Source: Oculina patagonica (Eukaryota). Taken from it: a stretch of 64,000 nt of DNA. The DNA lies in the NCBI RefSeq assembly GCF_052425735.1, contig NC_135763.1, positions 32,302,001 to 32,366,000 on the forward strand, written 5' to 3'. This document shows positions 21,420 through 32,881 of the stretch, one piece after another (the stretch's first letter is position 1; each line of letters opens with the position of its first letter). A program made the position numbers and the translations under genes. Under the pieces are notes generated by a model. That model was not told the origin of the DNA and searched no databases. It saw only the letters and a program-made list of their open reading frames with translations.

Positions 21420-22732
21420 CACGTCCAGAAATGCATGCAACGCGGAAAATGGCAACCTCGTTCCCAGGGATTTTTCGAAATTTCTCCAAAGACCGACATG
21501 AATTTGATTTTGAGGAAAAAATCATATTCTCCAAATTCGAGGCATCAGATCACATTCGCCAATTTCGAGGCCGACATGTATGTACTTTAGCTTACCTTCT
21601 CTAATTTGTTTTTATTCTGACTCATGTCTAAAGAACGAGCAAAAAATGAATTATCCTTCTTTATGTTGGAGAGGAAAATCAATCAACTGATTTGAATTTC
21701 AGCAAAAATTAAAATTAAACATTGCACGGAGATTGAGTCTCTGCTTTCATATAATTTATGGAAGTCATTGTTTTAAATTTTCAAGATATGTATGGTAGAA
21801 TGCAAACCGCGGTCTAATGATGAGAAATATGCGAGTGAATGGAGTATGATGTAAGTTCTGTTACAAACATATCTGTATTAGTTTTCCATTCAGGCCACAG
21901 AAAGCTTCCTTCACACACAGCTGAAAATAACAGTCAGCCAAGTCAAACCCTTACAGAGAATATTCGGGACATACGCTTTCAGTCTGGTAAATTTTATAAA
22001 ATATTGCCAAATTCATCATATTAGTTAAATTCGTCAAATCTGTCAACATGGCAGGCCTGTATGAGCTGATGTAATTTACATAATTTTGGCGGTTTGACAA
22101 ATTTGACGAAATTTTGCCACATTTGTCCCATCCCTCAAAATTGTCAAATCTGTCAACTTAGCTGGCATCTAAATTAATCGAGCTAATTTTCATAGGAGTG
22201 GCAGTTCAAAGTTGACGAAATTTCGCCATACTCGTCACATTTGTCAAATCCGTCTACGTGGCAAGCCCGCATAAATTGAGGTAATTGACATCAACATTTT
22301 GGATGCAGGGGACCACGCAATAAATTTTGCTCTAATGCCATTGTACGAGCCTTGCAATCAATCTGACGCCACATTCGTCAATTTGTCAACGAAGCAGGTT
22401 ATGCACTGGGTGAGCTTATTTCATAAGTGTGGCAGTTAGACAAATTTGATGAAATTTGGCCAAATTCGTCAAATCCGTCAAATCCGTCAGCATGGCAGGC
22501 ATGTATAAGAGATGAGCTTATTTTTATAAGTTAAACGAATTTTTAAAACGAAATTCAGTAGCCAAATTTGTCAAAACTGTCAAATGTGCGAATTTGACGA
22601 TATTTTGCCAACATTGTCAAAACTGTCAAATATGTCCACATGGTGGGCTTACATGAGCTCTCGCCAAAACCCAAGGCAAAATTTTGTCAAATCCGCAATT
22701 TTCGATGTTTTGTGCATTTCTGGACATAAGTG
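21420..22732. mobile_element. TIR element with internal tgtcaaat satellite
   Basis: Left cacgtccagaaatgca vs right tgcatttctggacataagtg (13-bp exact core); 22020-22700 is built from (t/c)gtcaaat / ttgacgaaat repeats. Confidence 0.6.
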
Positions 22733-23567
22733 CACATGAACGGCTTGCTATCCTTCGAGAGAACAACAACAACAACAAAAAAAACAAACAGCAGGAACGT
22801 TACCATGCCCCGAGTCCCGTGCAACAACAAAAGCGACTGCTACACCAAAGGGCCAGTTGAATTACAAACTTTACCAAAGCTGCTACACTACTGCCTAGAA
22901 GGTACCACAATAATTGTAACGGTGGTCATAAAAGGTTTTAGCACGCTAAACGGAACAAAACCGATAAATTGCAACACCGTAATTTTCATAGGAATGCTCC
23001 CCCCTTGCTGTTTTAAGTTGCCCTTTCCATTCATAGCCTGCTTTTTTTACTTAGTTGGTTCTCTTCATTTTCTCGTATTACATACAGGGAGTAATTTTTC
23101 ATGTAGTGTGTTAAGTTCAAATTCGTTAACTAGTAAAAATGAGTATATGAATCGAAGAGAAATTAAATTGTACAGTCTAAACTTTTGATGGCGAATAGGA
23201 AAATGTTCAGCCTCATACAATGACACAGAAGAGAAAAAAACAAAGCGTTAATTTATTTGCAAGCATCACAGTACAAGCAAAATATCACTTTCTGATCTTC
23301 CGCCAAGATTTTTATGACATGAAGGGCCACTTCCTACTGCTAATGTCAGTTTAAATATTGTTTCATCCCTATAATGGCTTTACGAATTTAAACGATCGGT
23401 TGGAAAGAAACGTATTCCAAGCTTAGAGAAGGCAAGACTACAACTTGTACACTGCAATTTATTAATTGTTCTTTTTTCCAGTTCATTTTATAGTTAATCA
23501 TGATAATAGATTTTATAATTACATGCCGATGTTCAAAAAAATTGTTATCAGCACTGTCTTTTGTCAA

Positions 23568-23616
23568 GATATTAGTTGGACTGCAAAATGATGGGAGCAG
23601 ATATTAGTTAAAAGTT
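23568..23616 (+). promoter_or_regulatory. Conserved upstream element of GPCR array member 2
   Basis: gatattagttggactgcaaaatgatgggagcagatattagttaaaagtt. Confidence 0.5.
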
Positions 23617-23807
23617 GTAAACTTTTATCGTTAACAGTTTCACTGTGTAGGGGGTTAGCACGCAATGATGCACTCCTGCTTCGGTGAAATTATTTACGGT
23701 ACTTTGACCAGCTTCGTGTTTTGCTTCTTGATACCCGTACAGACATTGTAACTGAGCACAATTTACTGGATTTTTTGCAGTACCTTGTTGCTTATCCGTC
23801 CTTTATC

Positions 23808-24851
23808 ATGAATTACTCACTGGGAAACACGAGTAATGAAACATCTAACATCTCAGGAAAAGATTGTTCGCTTCCCGTAGCTCACGGCGTTGTTCTGATC
23901 ACGGCAAATGCTCTCGTGGGTGTGTTAGGAACACTTGGCAACTTACTGGTTTGTGTGGCAGTTGTAACAAATCCTCGTCTTCGCCGATCATCAAACTACC
24001 TTTTGTTCAGCTTGGCTATCGCTGATTTGATCGTCACCATGGCGTGTGAGCCCCTTGTTGTAGCAATCTTGGGCATGAGAACTTTCTTCAGCGATTGTGC
24101 AATTAACTTGGAACTCGCATACATAATTTTATCAATGCTTTCGTGTTCTGCCTCAGTCACGCACATGGCGGCCATCAGTGTTGATCGTTTCATCGCAGTT
24201 GTCTTTCCACTACACCACAGATACATCATGGAGAACCGTGGATTAAAGGCCTTGCTTATAACGTCTTGGGGATATCCGATTGCGGTTCCCATTTTGAGTG
24301 CCGTTGTTCCAGCGAGCTTCCCAAAATATTATTTTGCAATGGCGATGTTTGCCCTCAGCTTTGGTACTGTGTTCCTGTCTTACTCATTGATAGTGATATC
24401 TCTGGTCAGACATCGAAAGCAAAGAAACCAGCTCAGAGCTCGCTCTTCTAGCGATGCCAGTCAATCCGGCATTGAAATCCGTGTTACCTTCACACTGGCG
24501 ATTGTGATTATTGTTTTCATTGCTTGTTGGCTTCCACTAGTGCTCATGCTTTATGGACCCGGAAAAACACTAATCAAGAAACATGGAGTTGCCTACATGT
24601 GGATGAGGACCCTGGCTCTGTCCAACTCCGCCATGAACTTCCTCATCTATGGTTCAAGGATGAAGAACTTCCGCGAGGCATTTGTTGGTGTTGGCCGCAA
24701 ATGTCTGCCTATATCGACTCCGAAGTGTTCACGGACCCGTGTTTATGACTTGACGACGCAGAAAACGAGTACGAGTGTTTTATCCGCTTTTCCAAACAAT
24801 GAAATGAAGCACGAAAATAGATTAATCGGATTAACAAGATTTAATGAATGA
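23808..24851 (+). CDS. Intronless class A GPCR, array member 2 (347 aa)
   Basis: ATG MNYSLGN matches paralogues; DRF, CWLP, SNSAMNFLIY. Confidence 0.92.
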   Translation: MNYSLGNTSNETSNISGKDCSLPVAHGVVLITANALVGVLGTLGNLLVCVAVVTNPRLRRSSNYLLFSLAIADLIVTMACEPLVVAILGMRTFFSDCAINLELAYIILSMLSCSASVTHMAAISVDRFIAVVFPLHHRYIMENRGLKALLITSWGYPIAVPILSAVVPASFPKYYFAMAMFALSFGTVFLSYSLIVISLVRHRKQRNQLRARSSSDASQSGIEIRVTFTLAIVIIVFIACWLPLVLMLYGPGKTLIKKHGVAYMWMRTLALSNSAMNFLIYGSRMKNFREAFVGVGRKCLPISTPKCSRTRVYDLTTQKTSTSVLSAFPNNEMKHENRLIGLTRFNE

Positions 24852-26868
24852 AAACAATTAGCGGAATTTGTTTATAGCTAGTTTTTTTTTTCTTCTGGTT
24901 TATGTGTTTCAGTGGTTTATGTAGAACTTCCACCTTGCGTTTCAGATCAATTTGCATGCCCAAGCCTTGTTGGGTGTGTTTATCAAATACATTAAAAAAG
25001 AAACGTCAATGTGAGAGAGCTTAGTTGTTGACGCTATACGTTCCTAGTGCCAATTATTATTAACATATCAAGTACTGAATAGCAATTTGGAAAGTTTATT
25101 TATTTAATTATTTATTTATTTTTGTATGTTAACTGGATGCTGGTGTCTCACAGCTATCTAAACAAATTTTGCCCAAATCCCATTTCCCAGCCTTATTGTT
25201 TTCCCTTAATTTCCACCAAACTCAGTCGCAGTTCTAATGATTTTTGTTTGTGATTCCCAGTCCCAGTGATCCAAATCTCATTTTCTCAATGAAAATTTGC
25301 CCAAATCCTAATTCTCATTTTACCCCATTTTACTCCCTTCAGGCCCCTCTAAACAGGGAACAACTTTCACTGACCTATTGAGGTATGACCAGAGATGACT
25401 AATTCAACCAAGTAGTAGTAATTGACCGATCATTGACAGTTATCAAACAGCTCTAAAGCAAAATCGACAATGCCAAAGTGTAAAGAAGAAAGAAAGTGTA
25501 GTGAAAGATTCAACATTGTCACTCCCTTGGGACAGAATTCTCGCAAACGACAGTGGAGGAAATTGCTTCATCTGGCAGCATCGAGAAGGAATCGTGGGTG
25601 CATGACACATATGCATGATACCGACTGAAATTCTTTGGCGGTTCGCATTGGTGACTGCAACTGCGTCTGTGGTCTCTGTGAGTAAGACGGAATTTATGCC
25701 TCCTTGGAGTCTTAGAGGAGTTGTCAGAGGAACTGATGGCTGTCTGAGATCGAGAAAATGTTACAGTCAGCGGTCATATATGCTTCATGGAAAAAAAAAA
25801 AATAGGAGTTTCAGTGGTGTGCAGGAATACCGGACTGCACCAATTCATTTACAACTACCATGCATGATCCCCTGTAGGCGCGTCTTACAGGAGAACTGGC
25901 CATTGTTTATACTCCCAGCTTATCAAAAAGCCTTCGTCTTCTAGAATTTAGCTTCCACTGACATTTACAATAATTAATTCCAATACTGTATTGTTAAACG
26001 AGCTATCGTTTAGGGGAGGGAAGTAAGGCATTTAATTTACTTCAGTCTTTTTTACTTATCAATTTTGAGGTGAGCCAACAGAAAACATACACCTCCGGCA
26101 CATTTTCCTCACGGAGTAAAGGCTAAAAGGAAGTGAAAGTGAATAGAAAACACCAGAACTTTTATGAAGGCTTAAATATATTACACAACTAAAAATGAAC
26201 TTTTGTACCACTAATTATAATGTCATGTTTGATGGACAGTTATGGAAAGAGCATCTTGAATGAAAACTGCAGGTTGTAACGGACATAAAACGGTATTGCT
26301 CCTGAGAAGTCACGCGAAGTATCGCCGGCAAGCTTGGGAAAATGTTTATACAAACCTGATTAACAAGTAAAGGATCTTTATGTTTTCCATTTGTAATGTG
26401 AAATACGTTACTGTTTCATTCTTAACTTGCCTTAAACTCGAGATGCCAGTTAGCTGCCTTAAATTTACGATTTGAATCTTCTTGTTTTTCGCCCACTGAG
26501 TATTATCTTTTTACTACAAATGGAATGGTTGAATTCTTAACAGAAGCCGGACTGCGATGAACAAATAAAATAGATGCTCGCAAGATGAATATCATGTTAA
26601 GATATTTTGCCACGGGTTTAATGACATTAGAAGCCACTTCCTTTCCGTGCAGTGCTTCATGTTAATACATATTGAGTCATTCTTTATGAATTTACAGGAT
26701 CAGGTGAAATAAATTACTGCAAACTAGGAGAAAGACAAAAAAAATCAGAAACTCGTTTCTTTAAATCGTGTCAGTTGTCGTTCCAAAGGCAAAAAAAAGA
26801 CCATTTAAACCCCCTTTCTTAGTTTGTGTTTAAAGAGTTGAACATTATCAGAAATTTCCTCATTGTAT

Positions 26869-26916
26869 GATATTTGTTGCACTGCATAGTGATTACAACA
26901 GATATTTGTTACAGTT
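26869..26916 (+). promoter_or_regulatory. Conserved upstream element of GPCR array member 3
   Basis: gatatttgttgcactgcatagtgattacaacagatatttgttacagtt. Confidence 0.5.
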
Positions 26917-27092
26917 TTAAAACTTAGCTGTTTAAAACAATATCTCACTGTTTAGAGTAATACGCAACGACGACCTTTTACCTTTAACAGCTTTGGTAAA
27001 GTTAATAGTATTGACTGGTTTCGTGCTTTCCTCGTTCGCTTGGTTTTCGTCAACACGAGCAAAGTGTACCTGAAGGGCTGTTTCACAGTGCC

Positions 27093-28052
27093 ATGAATAG
27101 CTCACTAGAGGACACAAGTAATTTGACACGTAACCTCTCAGTAGCAGATTGTTCTCTTCCATCAGCTAACGGCGTTGCTCTGATCACAACAAATGCTATT
27201 GTGGGTGTTTTAGGAACAATTGGCAACTCAATGGTTTGTGTGGCTGTTGTTACAAATCCTCGTCTTCGCCGATCATCAAATTACCTTCTGTTCAGCTTAG
27301 CAATTGCTGATTTACTCGTCACCATGGTGTGTGAGCCTCTTGTTGTAGCAATCCTCAGCATGAGAACTTTCTTTAGCGATTGTGCAACAGATTTGGAACT
27401 TGCGTTCAGGATTGTATCAATGCTTTCGTGTTCTGCTTCTGTGGTACACATGGCGGCCATCAGCGTTGATCGTTTTATCGCTGTTGTGTACCCTCTTCAC
27501 CACAGAAGTATCATGGGGAACTGTGGATTAAAGGCAATGCTAATAACTTCTTGGGCCTATCCGATCGGGGTTCCCATTTTAAGCGCGGTTCTTCCAGCAA
27601 GCTTTCCACAAGGTTATATCGCATTAGGGATGTTTGCTGTTAGCTACGCTACTATTTTCTTTTGTTACTTTTTTATAGTTGCGTCTCTGGTCAAACACCG
27701 GAAACGAAGAAACCAACTCAGAGCTCGCTCTTCTAGCGATGTCAGTCAATCTCGTGTTGAAATCCGCGTTGCCTTCACGCTTGCGATTGTGATCATTGTT
27801 TTCATTGCTTGTTGGTTTCCTTTAATTTCCATCATTTTTGTAACTAGTAAACCGCTGGTGAAGAGACACGGAGTTGCCTACATGTGGATGAGAACGTTAG
27901 CCCTTTCAAACTCCGCCATGAACTTTGTTATATATGGTTCAAGACTGCAGAACTTCCGTGAGGCGTTCGCTGGGATCAGTCGAAAGATTCTTGGTGTTGT
28001 GACACCGAAGTGTTCGCGGACTCGTCTTTATAACTTTACCACGCAGAATTAA
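27093..28052 (+). CDS. Intronless class A GPCR, array member 3 (319 aa)
   Basis: DRF, CWFP, SNSAMNFVIY; high similarity to neighbours. Confidence 0.92.
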   Translation: MNSSLEDTSNLTRNLSVADCSLPSANGVALITTNAIVGVLGTIGNSMVCVAVVTNPRLRRSSNYLLFSLAIADLLVTMVCEPLVVAILSMRTFFSDCATDLELAFRIVSMLSCSASVVHMAAISVDRFIAVVYPLHHRSIMGNCGLKAMLITSWAYPIGVPILSAVLPASFPQGYIALGMFAVSYATIFFCYFFIVASLVKHRKRRNQLRARSSSDVSQSRVEIRVAFTLAIVIIVFIACWFPLISIIFVTSKPLVKRHGVAYMWMRTLALSNSAMNFVIYGSRLQNFREAFAGISRKILGVVTPKCSRTRLYNFTTQN

Positions 28053-29165
28053 TCAGTTTAATCAAATTAATAAGGAAACGCGTACGAGGCTGCCTTCGAA
28101 CGAGCGCCGAATATCAGTAACACTGAGCACGGGCGTTATTGATAACGCCGACGCAAGGAAATTAACAACCGAAAACAGTATAAAAGACACCTCTATATAT
28201 GACTAAGACAATTTGGACTGACTTCTCCAATTGTACTTTCTACTCTAAAGTCAATAGGGCGTCAACAACCAACCAATACAACCAAAAACGGATTACCCAT
28301 TGTCTGTTTGCCGGTCGTGAATAATGAATACGTTTGGAAAACATGATTATAATAATAAAAAGTTTAACTTTTGCTCCCAAATTTAATCGAAAGGGATATT
28401 GATAGTGATGGCATCGTTAAAAAATACTTTTCCCTGTCTCTATTTCCATTCAGTTCTAATGTTTATGGGCAACATTTTCAACATGTTGTTCGGCTATCGC
28501 ACATCGACAGGAACTGAAAATCATTTTTTTAACTAAACTGATAAAATTTACCTGAAATTTTAAGTGAGGCTAATATTTTTTACATAAATAAGCATTGTGT
28601 GAGTGTTGACATCTTATTGGACAATCGTGTGGATGACCACTTGATAGCTTGTAGACTGACAGGCTTCGAGTCGAGAGATGAAATGGTCACGAGAAGTATG
28701 ACCGAGGATTGTGATGTTGGTTTAAAGCTTCTAAGAATCCACTTACACCCTTTTACTTTGTTCGTATACTGACTATACAAACTTTCCATTTACTTTATAG
28801 ATGGAAAGCTAAAATACTAAACAAGAATTTATTAAATGAGCAATTAAAACTGTTACATGATGAATATCATTTCACAGGGATATTTTAACAAGAGGTTAAT
28901 GACATTAGAAGCCATTTCCTCTGCTATATTTATCTTCAGTTGATATATCACGCTCGGAATGTGTTAAGTTATCCCTTACGACAATTTACATGATCGGGTA
29001 AAACAAAATAGTTTTAGGCAAGGGCACAGACAAGACAACAAACACGTCATTGGTGTCGTAGATTCACTTATTTATTTCTGTCGAAAAGACGATAAAAACT
29101 TTTAGTTAATGTTCATATAATTGTTTTTTTTTTTTTTTTTTTTTTTTTTGCAATTTCCTTCTGAA

Positions 29166-29213
29166 GATATTAATTGCACTATATAATGACCAATACAGAT
29201 ATTACTTACAGTT
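29166..29213 (+). promoter_or_regulatory. Conserved upstream element of GPCR array member 4
   Basis: gatattaattgcactatataatgaccaatacagatattacttacagtt. Confidence 0.5.
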
Positions 29214-29394
29214 TAGAAACTTCATGTTTGAAACAATATCGCACGGAACGCAATGACGAGCTTACTCACGACTTATCTGGTGAAGTCTGTATTTACTTAG
29301 CGTCGCGTTTCGCTTCGGACGACTATCTTTAACTGAGAAAACATTACTGCGGTTTTCCAGCGTTTTGACTGTTGCTCATCTCAGCGCTTGTGCC

Positions 29395-30354
29395 ATGAAT
29401 TACTCACTGGAGAATACAAGTAATCCCGAGCCTATCGTACCAGTAGAGCCAGATTGTTCTCTTCCAGTAGCTCACGGCGTTGCTCTGATCTCAACGAATG
29501 CAATCGTGGGCGTTTTAGGAACAATTGGCAACTTTCTAGTTTGTGTGGCAGTTGTTACAAGTCCTCGTCTTCGCCGATCATCAAACTACCTTCTATTCAG
29601 CTTGGCGATCGCTGATTTGATCGTCACCATGGTGTGTGAGCCTCTCGTTGTAGCAGTCCTCGTAAAAATGACATTTTTCAATGACTGTGCTGCAAACCTG
29701 GAACGACCCTATCAAATACTATCTAGGCTTTCGTGTTCTTCTTCAGTCGTGCATATGGCGGCCATCAGTGTTGATCGTTTCATCGCTGTTGTGTACCCTC
29801 TTCACTACAAAAGCATCGTAGAGACTTATGGATTAAAAGCAATGTTGATAACGTCTTGGGCATTGCCAATTGCAGTTCCAATTTTGGCTGCCATTATTCC
29901 AGCGGACTTCCCCAAAGGTTTCCTTGGCGTATCGATGTTCGCCTTAGGCTATGCTACGGTGTTGTTGTCTTACTTGCTGATAGTGATATCTTTAGCCAAA
30001 CATCGGAAGGAAAGAAACCAACTCAGAGCTCACTCGTCTAGTGATATCACTCAGTCGAGTGTTGAAATCCGCGTTGCCTTCACGCTGGCCATTGTGATCA
30101 TCGTTTTCACAGCTTCTTGGTTTCCGTTAGTTACCGTCTTTTTTGCGACCGGGAAACTTCTGGTCAAGAGGCATGGAATTGCGTTCATGTGGATCAGGAC
30201 TTTGGCACTGTCGAACTCTGCCATGAACTTTGTTATCTATGGTTCAAGAATGAGGAACTTTCGTGAGGCGTATGCTGTGTTTGGCCGAAAGGTTCTTGGT
30301 ACTGTGAGACCGACATGTTCGAGGACTCGTGTCTACAACGTATCAGATAGCTAG
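29395..30354 (+). CDS. Intronless class A GPCR, array member 4 (319 aa)
   Basis: ATG MNYSLEN; DRF, SWFP, SNSAMNFVIY. Confidence 0.92.
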   Translation: MNYSLENTSNPEPIVPVEPDCSLPVAHGVALISTNAIVGVLGTIGNFLVCVAVVTSPRLRRSSNYLLFSLAIADLIVTMVCEPLVVAVLVKMTFFNDCAANLERPYQILSRLSCSSSVVHMAAISVDRFIAVVYPLHYKSIVETYGLKAMLITSWALPIAVPILAAIIPADFPKGFLGVSMFALGYATVLLSYLLIVISLAKHRKERNQLRAHSSSDITQSSVEIRVAFTLAIVIIVFTASWFPLVTVFFATGKLLVKRHGIAFMWIRTLALSNSAMNFVIYGSRMRNFREAYAVFGRKVLGTVRPTCSRTRVYNVSDS

Positions 30355-32179
30355 ATTAGCTACGCGACTTTCTCATTTGATCGGTTGCTTGCTCATATTA
30401 TACTCCTCGAACTCTTTTCATCTCACTTTCAGTAATACAATAACAACGAGCTCCACCACATTTTTAAAATCTCCTATTATTTGGTCATTGTATCATTGAT
30501 AGGGTTTATTGTTACGTTATTGTAGAGAAGTATTTTTGAAAGCTTAATAAACAATTTAATATCCTATACTTATAATCGCCATGTACTAATTTTAAGCCAA
30601 CCCCCCCCCCCCCCCCAACCCCGTGAGCTAAGATAAAATTCCTTTAAAACCGATAAGTCTGAACAACCTCCCAGCGGAGGCTTTAATAAAACATTTTCTG
30701 TACTTGCACAAAGAACACAGATTTTTACGTGGTAATAAATCTCCTCTTGCGTGATTCAACATAAAATTACGCATAATGCTTTGATCGACTTTGAATAGAA
30801 ACCAAACCAAACAAATTAATACACAAACAGTATTAAATGTCGTAAAGAAAATATAATAACAAGGGGCTATAAGCTGCATGCACAGTTTCCCTGGCACCCA
30901 TATTGCTTATTAGTGAATGCAGTCTGTATTCATCATTCCCTTCTATGATTGCATTGTAACTAATTTAGGGGGATTGCCATTTTCGTCAGTTTATGTTACC
31001 TCAATTTGTCGTTGTTCATAAGTGATATTCCTTTTAACTCCGCGAATAGATCACCAGTGGCCTTTTCCTTGCAATATCTATGAAACACTACACAGTATAC
31101 ATTGTCAAGGAGATCGATACATAACAAAAAATAAAGAAATTCGTCAACAAGGGAAGATTTTAGTGACGTCACCACCTAACTAGCAGAGCGCTAGGGGACA
31201 TTAAAATATACCTAAATATGGAAATAAGGACAGAACCTCAAAGTTAAACTCAGGTCTGTGGTTAAAAGACGTTTTATTACAGAGAGTAACGAAGGGTGAA
31301 AAAAAAAAACCAGGCAAAAAAACAAACCATTGACGACAACGATTAATAAAACGGTATATTTGATACGTGACGAGAATACAGAATCTTTAATTCTGTGAGT
31401 TGTTTATTGAGTTAATCATATTAGCACTAAACTAGTTAAGCCTGTTCAAGGTTCTTTCTCACTTTCCACCACAATGTAATAATAATAAGAATCAGGTGAT
31501 ACAAAGATGTGTAGCATCATTTTGCTACAAATGATGATTTCTGCTAAGGTCTATGAAACGCAGACTTAAATGTCACGAACCAAACAGTTTTCACAAGAAT
31601 CCTCACCTTACCTCAATACAGTTGTCATGGTAACTATATAGTATTTGGTATCTTCTATTAAGTCTGTGTTTTCAAACAATTCAAATAAAAACCATGGAAC
31701 GGTGTTTATAAGTTTGTGGTGTTTGTTTTCAAAAATATGTATACATAGATTAAGGGTTCATGTCCAGCCAGATTCTGTTTTGTTGTCATTTCCTTTATTA
31801 TTTTTGCCTGTGTGCTCTTGACTACATCGGATATTCTAGGAAAAAATAAATTGCTGATCATTCAACGACTAGACTTGAGTTTACCAACTAGGTGCCGATT
31901 AGAAGCGAGTTTCAGAGTCCATTCTGACGTCGCCATCATATGCATTGATGCAGTTAATCGACATTTTAGATTTGTTATTTTAAAAGTTCCTTCCTGCTCA
32001 GTCAAGGAGGCTATGAAAGGCTGAAATTCCTCACCGGTAGTCGAACTAGGTCGAACAAGTGAGAAATTCAGTTGTCGATCATCTAACTCTAACGCATCAA
32101 CTTTGTTGTCCTAGTGGCTGATGAGGGATTATACGGGACTGACATGTTACACGTTCTGGCGGGCAGTTTCCTCCATTGC

Positions 32180-32881
32180 CTACGCTGTTAATGGTTTTAA
32201 TTTTAAACTATCATTCTTTTTGGGTCGCTTCTTTGTTTTTTTTGCTTTGGAGCAAGTTCGACCTTTGCAACCCTGGCAACAGTCTGTGTTCCTAGATGTT
32301 GAAGTGGAAGGCTTTGGTGCACTATTTGAACCCTCCTTCCTTGATTCTTCCTCCAAATCCGGTTTCTCATAGGGTGGTTTTCCTTTCGTGCATCCCTTCT
32401 TCGGACAGTCTACAGTCGGTTGCTTCCTGGTCCGAACCGGGATAACAGGAAGAAATGTCAATTCTTTGTTAGTGGCTCCGAGACCTGAGTGTATCGCCAG
32501 CGAACACCGCAATTTGGAGATCCTAGCGCGCATACCAGTCAAGTCGGGAATGATCGGTGAGCTAGCCCCGGAATAGCCGGAAAGAGACGGAGTCCATCGC
32601 GTCGAAGCGCGTGTTCTTGGCGTCGAAACACTGCCACTCTCTGAGTAATAATCAAAACAAATGTTATTGACTCTGCATGGCGAATAAGTTGTTCTAGATG
32701 AGGAAGAAAGCCTCTCAGCCTTTTGATAATGTTTGTCAATAACACCTTGATACTCTTGGTATATTGGATGTCGAGAGTTGCCTGTATAAGCTTTGATCAC
32801 TGGTCTTCCTTTACGATCTACGCCATGTACTAATGTAAGAAGCTGTCGATTGTCTTCTGCCAATTGCCCGTGTCGCCACAT
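32180..32881 (-). CDS. Uncharacterised basic protein, 233 aa from first ATG (MWRHGQL...)
   Basis: Long stop-free frame in AT-rich surroundings with raised GC; no domain recognised. Confidence 0.6.
   Translation of the reverse strand: MWRHGQLAEDNRQLLTLVHGVDRKGRPVIKAYTGNSRHPIYQEYQGVIDKHYQKAERLSSSSRTTYSPCRVNNICFDYYSESGSVSTPRTRASTRWTPSLSGYSGASSPIIPDLTGMRARISKLRCSLAIHSGLGATNKELTFLPVIPVRTRKQPTVDCPKKGCTKGKPPYEKPDLEEESRKEGSNSAPKPSTSTSRNTDCCQGCKGRTCSKAKKTKKRPKKNDSLKLKPLTA

Noticed and set aside
18845-22732. Possible CRISPR-like repeat arrays
   Set aside because: Eukaryotic context, degenerate units without unique spacers, no cas genes.
23721-23807. Non-ATG N-terminal extensions of GPCR ORFs (also 16781, 29365, 40271)
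   Set aside because: Paralogues agree on the downstream ATG; TTG/GTG starts are artefacts of the ORF caller.
17008-24292. Antisense ORFs 17008-17337 and 23996-24292 that resemble each other
   Set aside because: Shadows of the paralogous sense-strand GPCR coding sequences.
28600-28760. VDD-containing peptide hinting at a reverse transcriptase remnant
   Set aside because: Too short and degenerate to support without a profile search.
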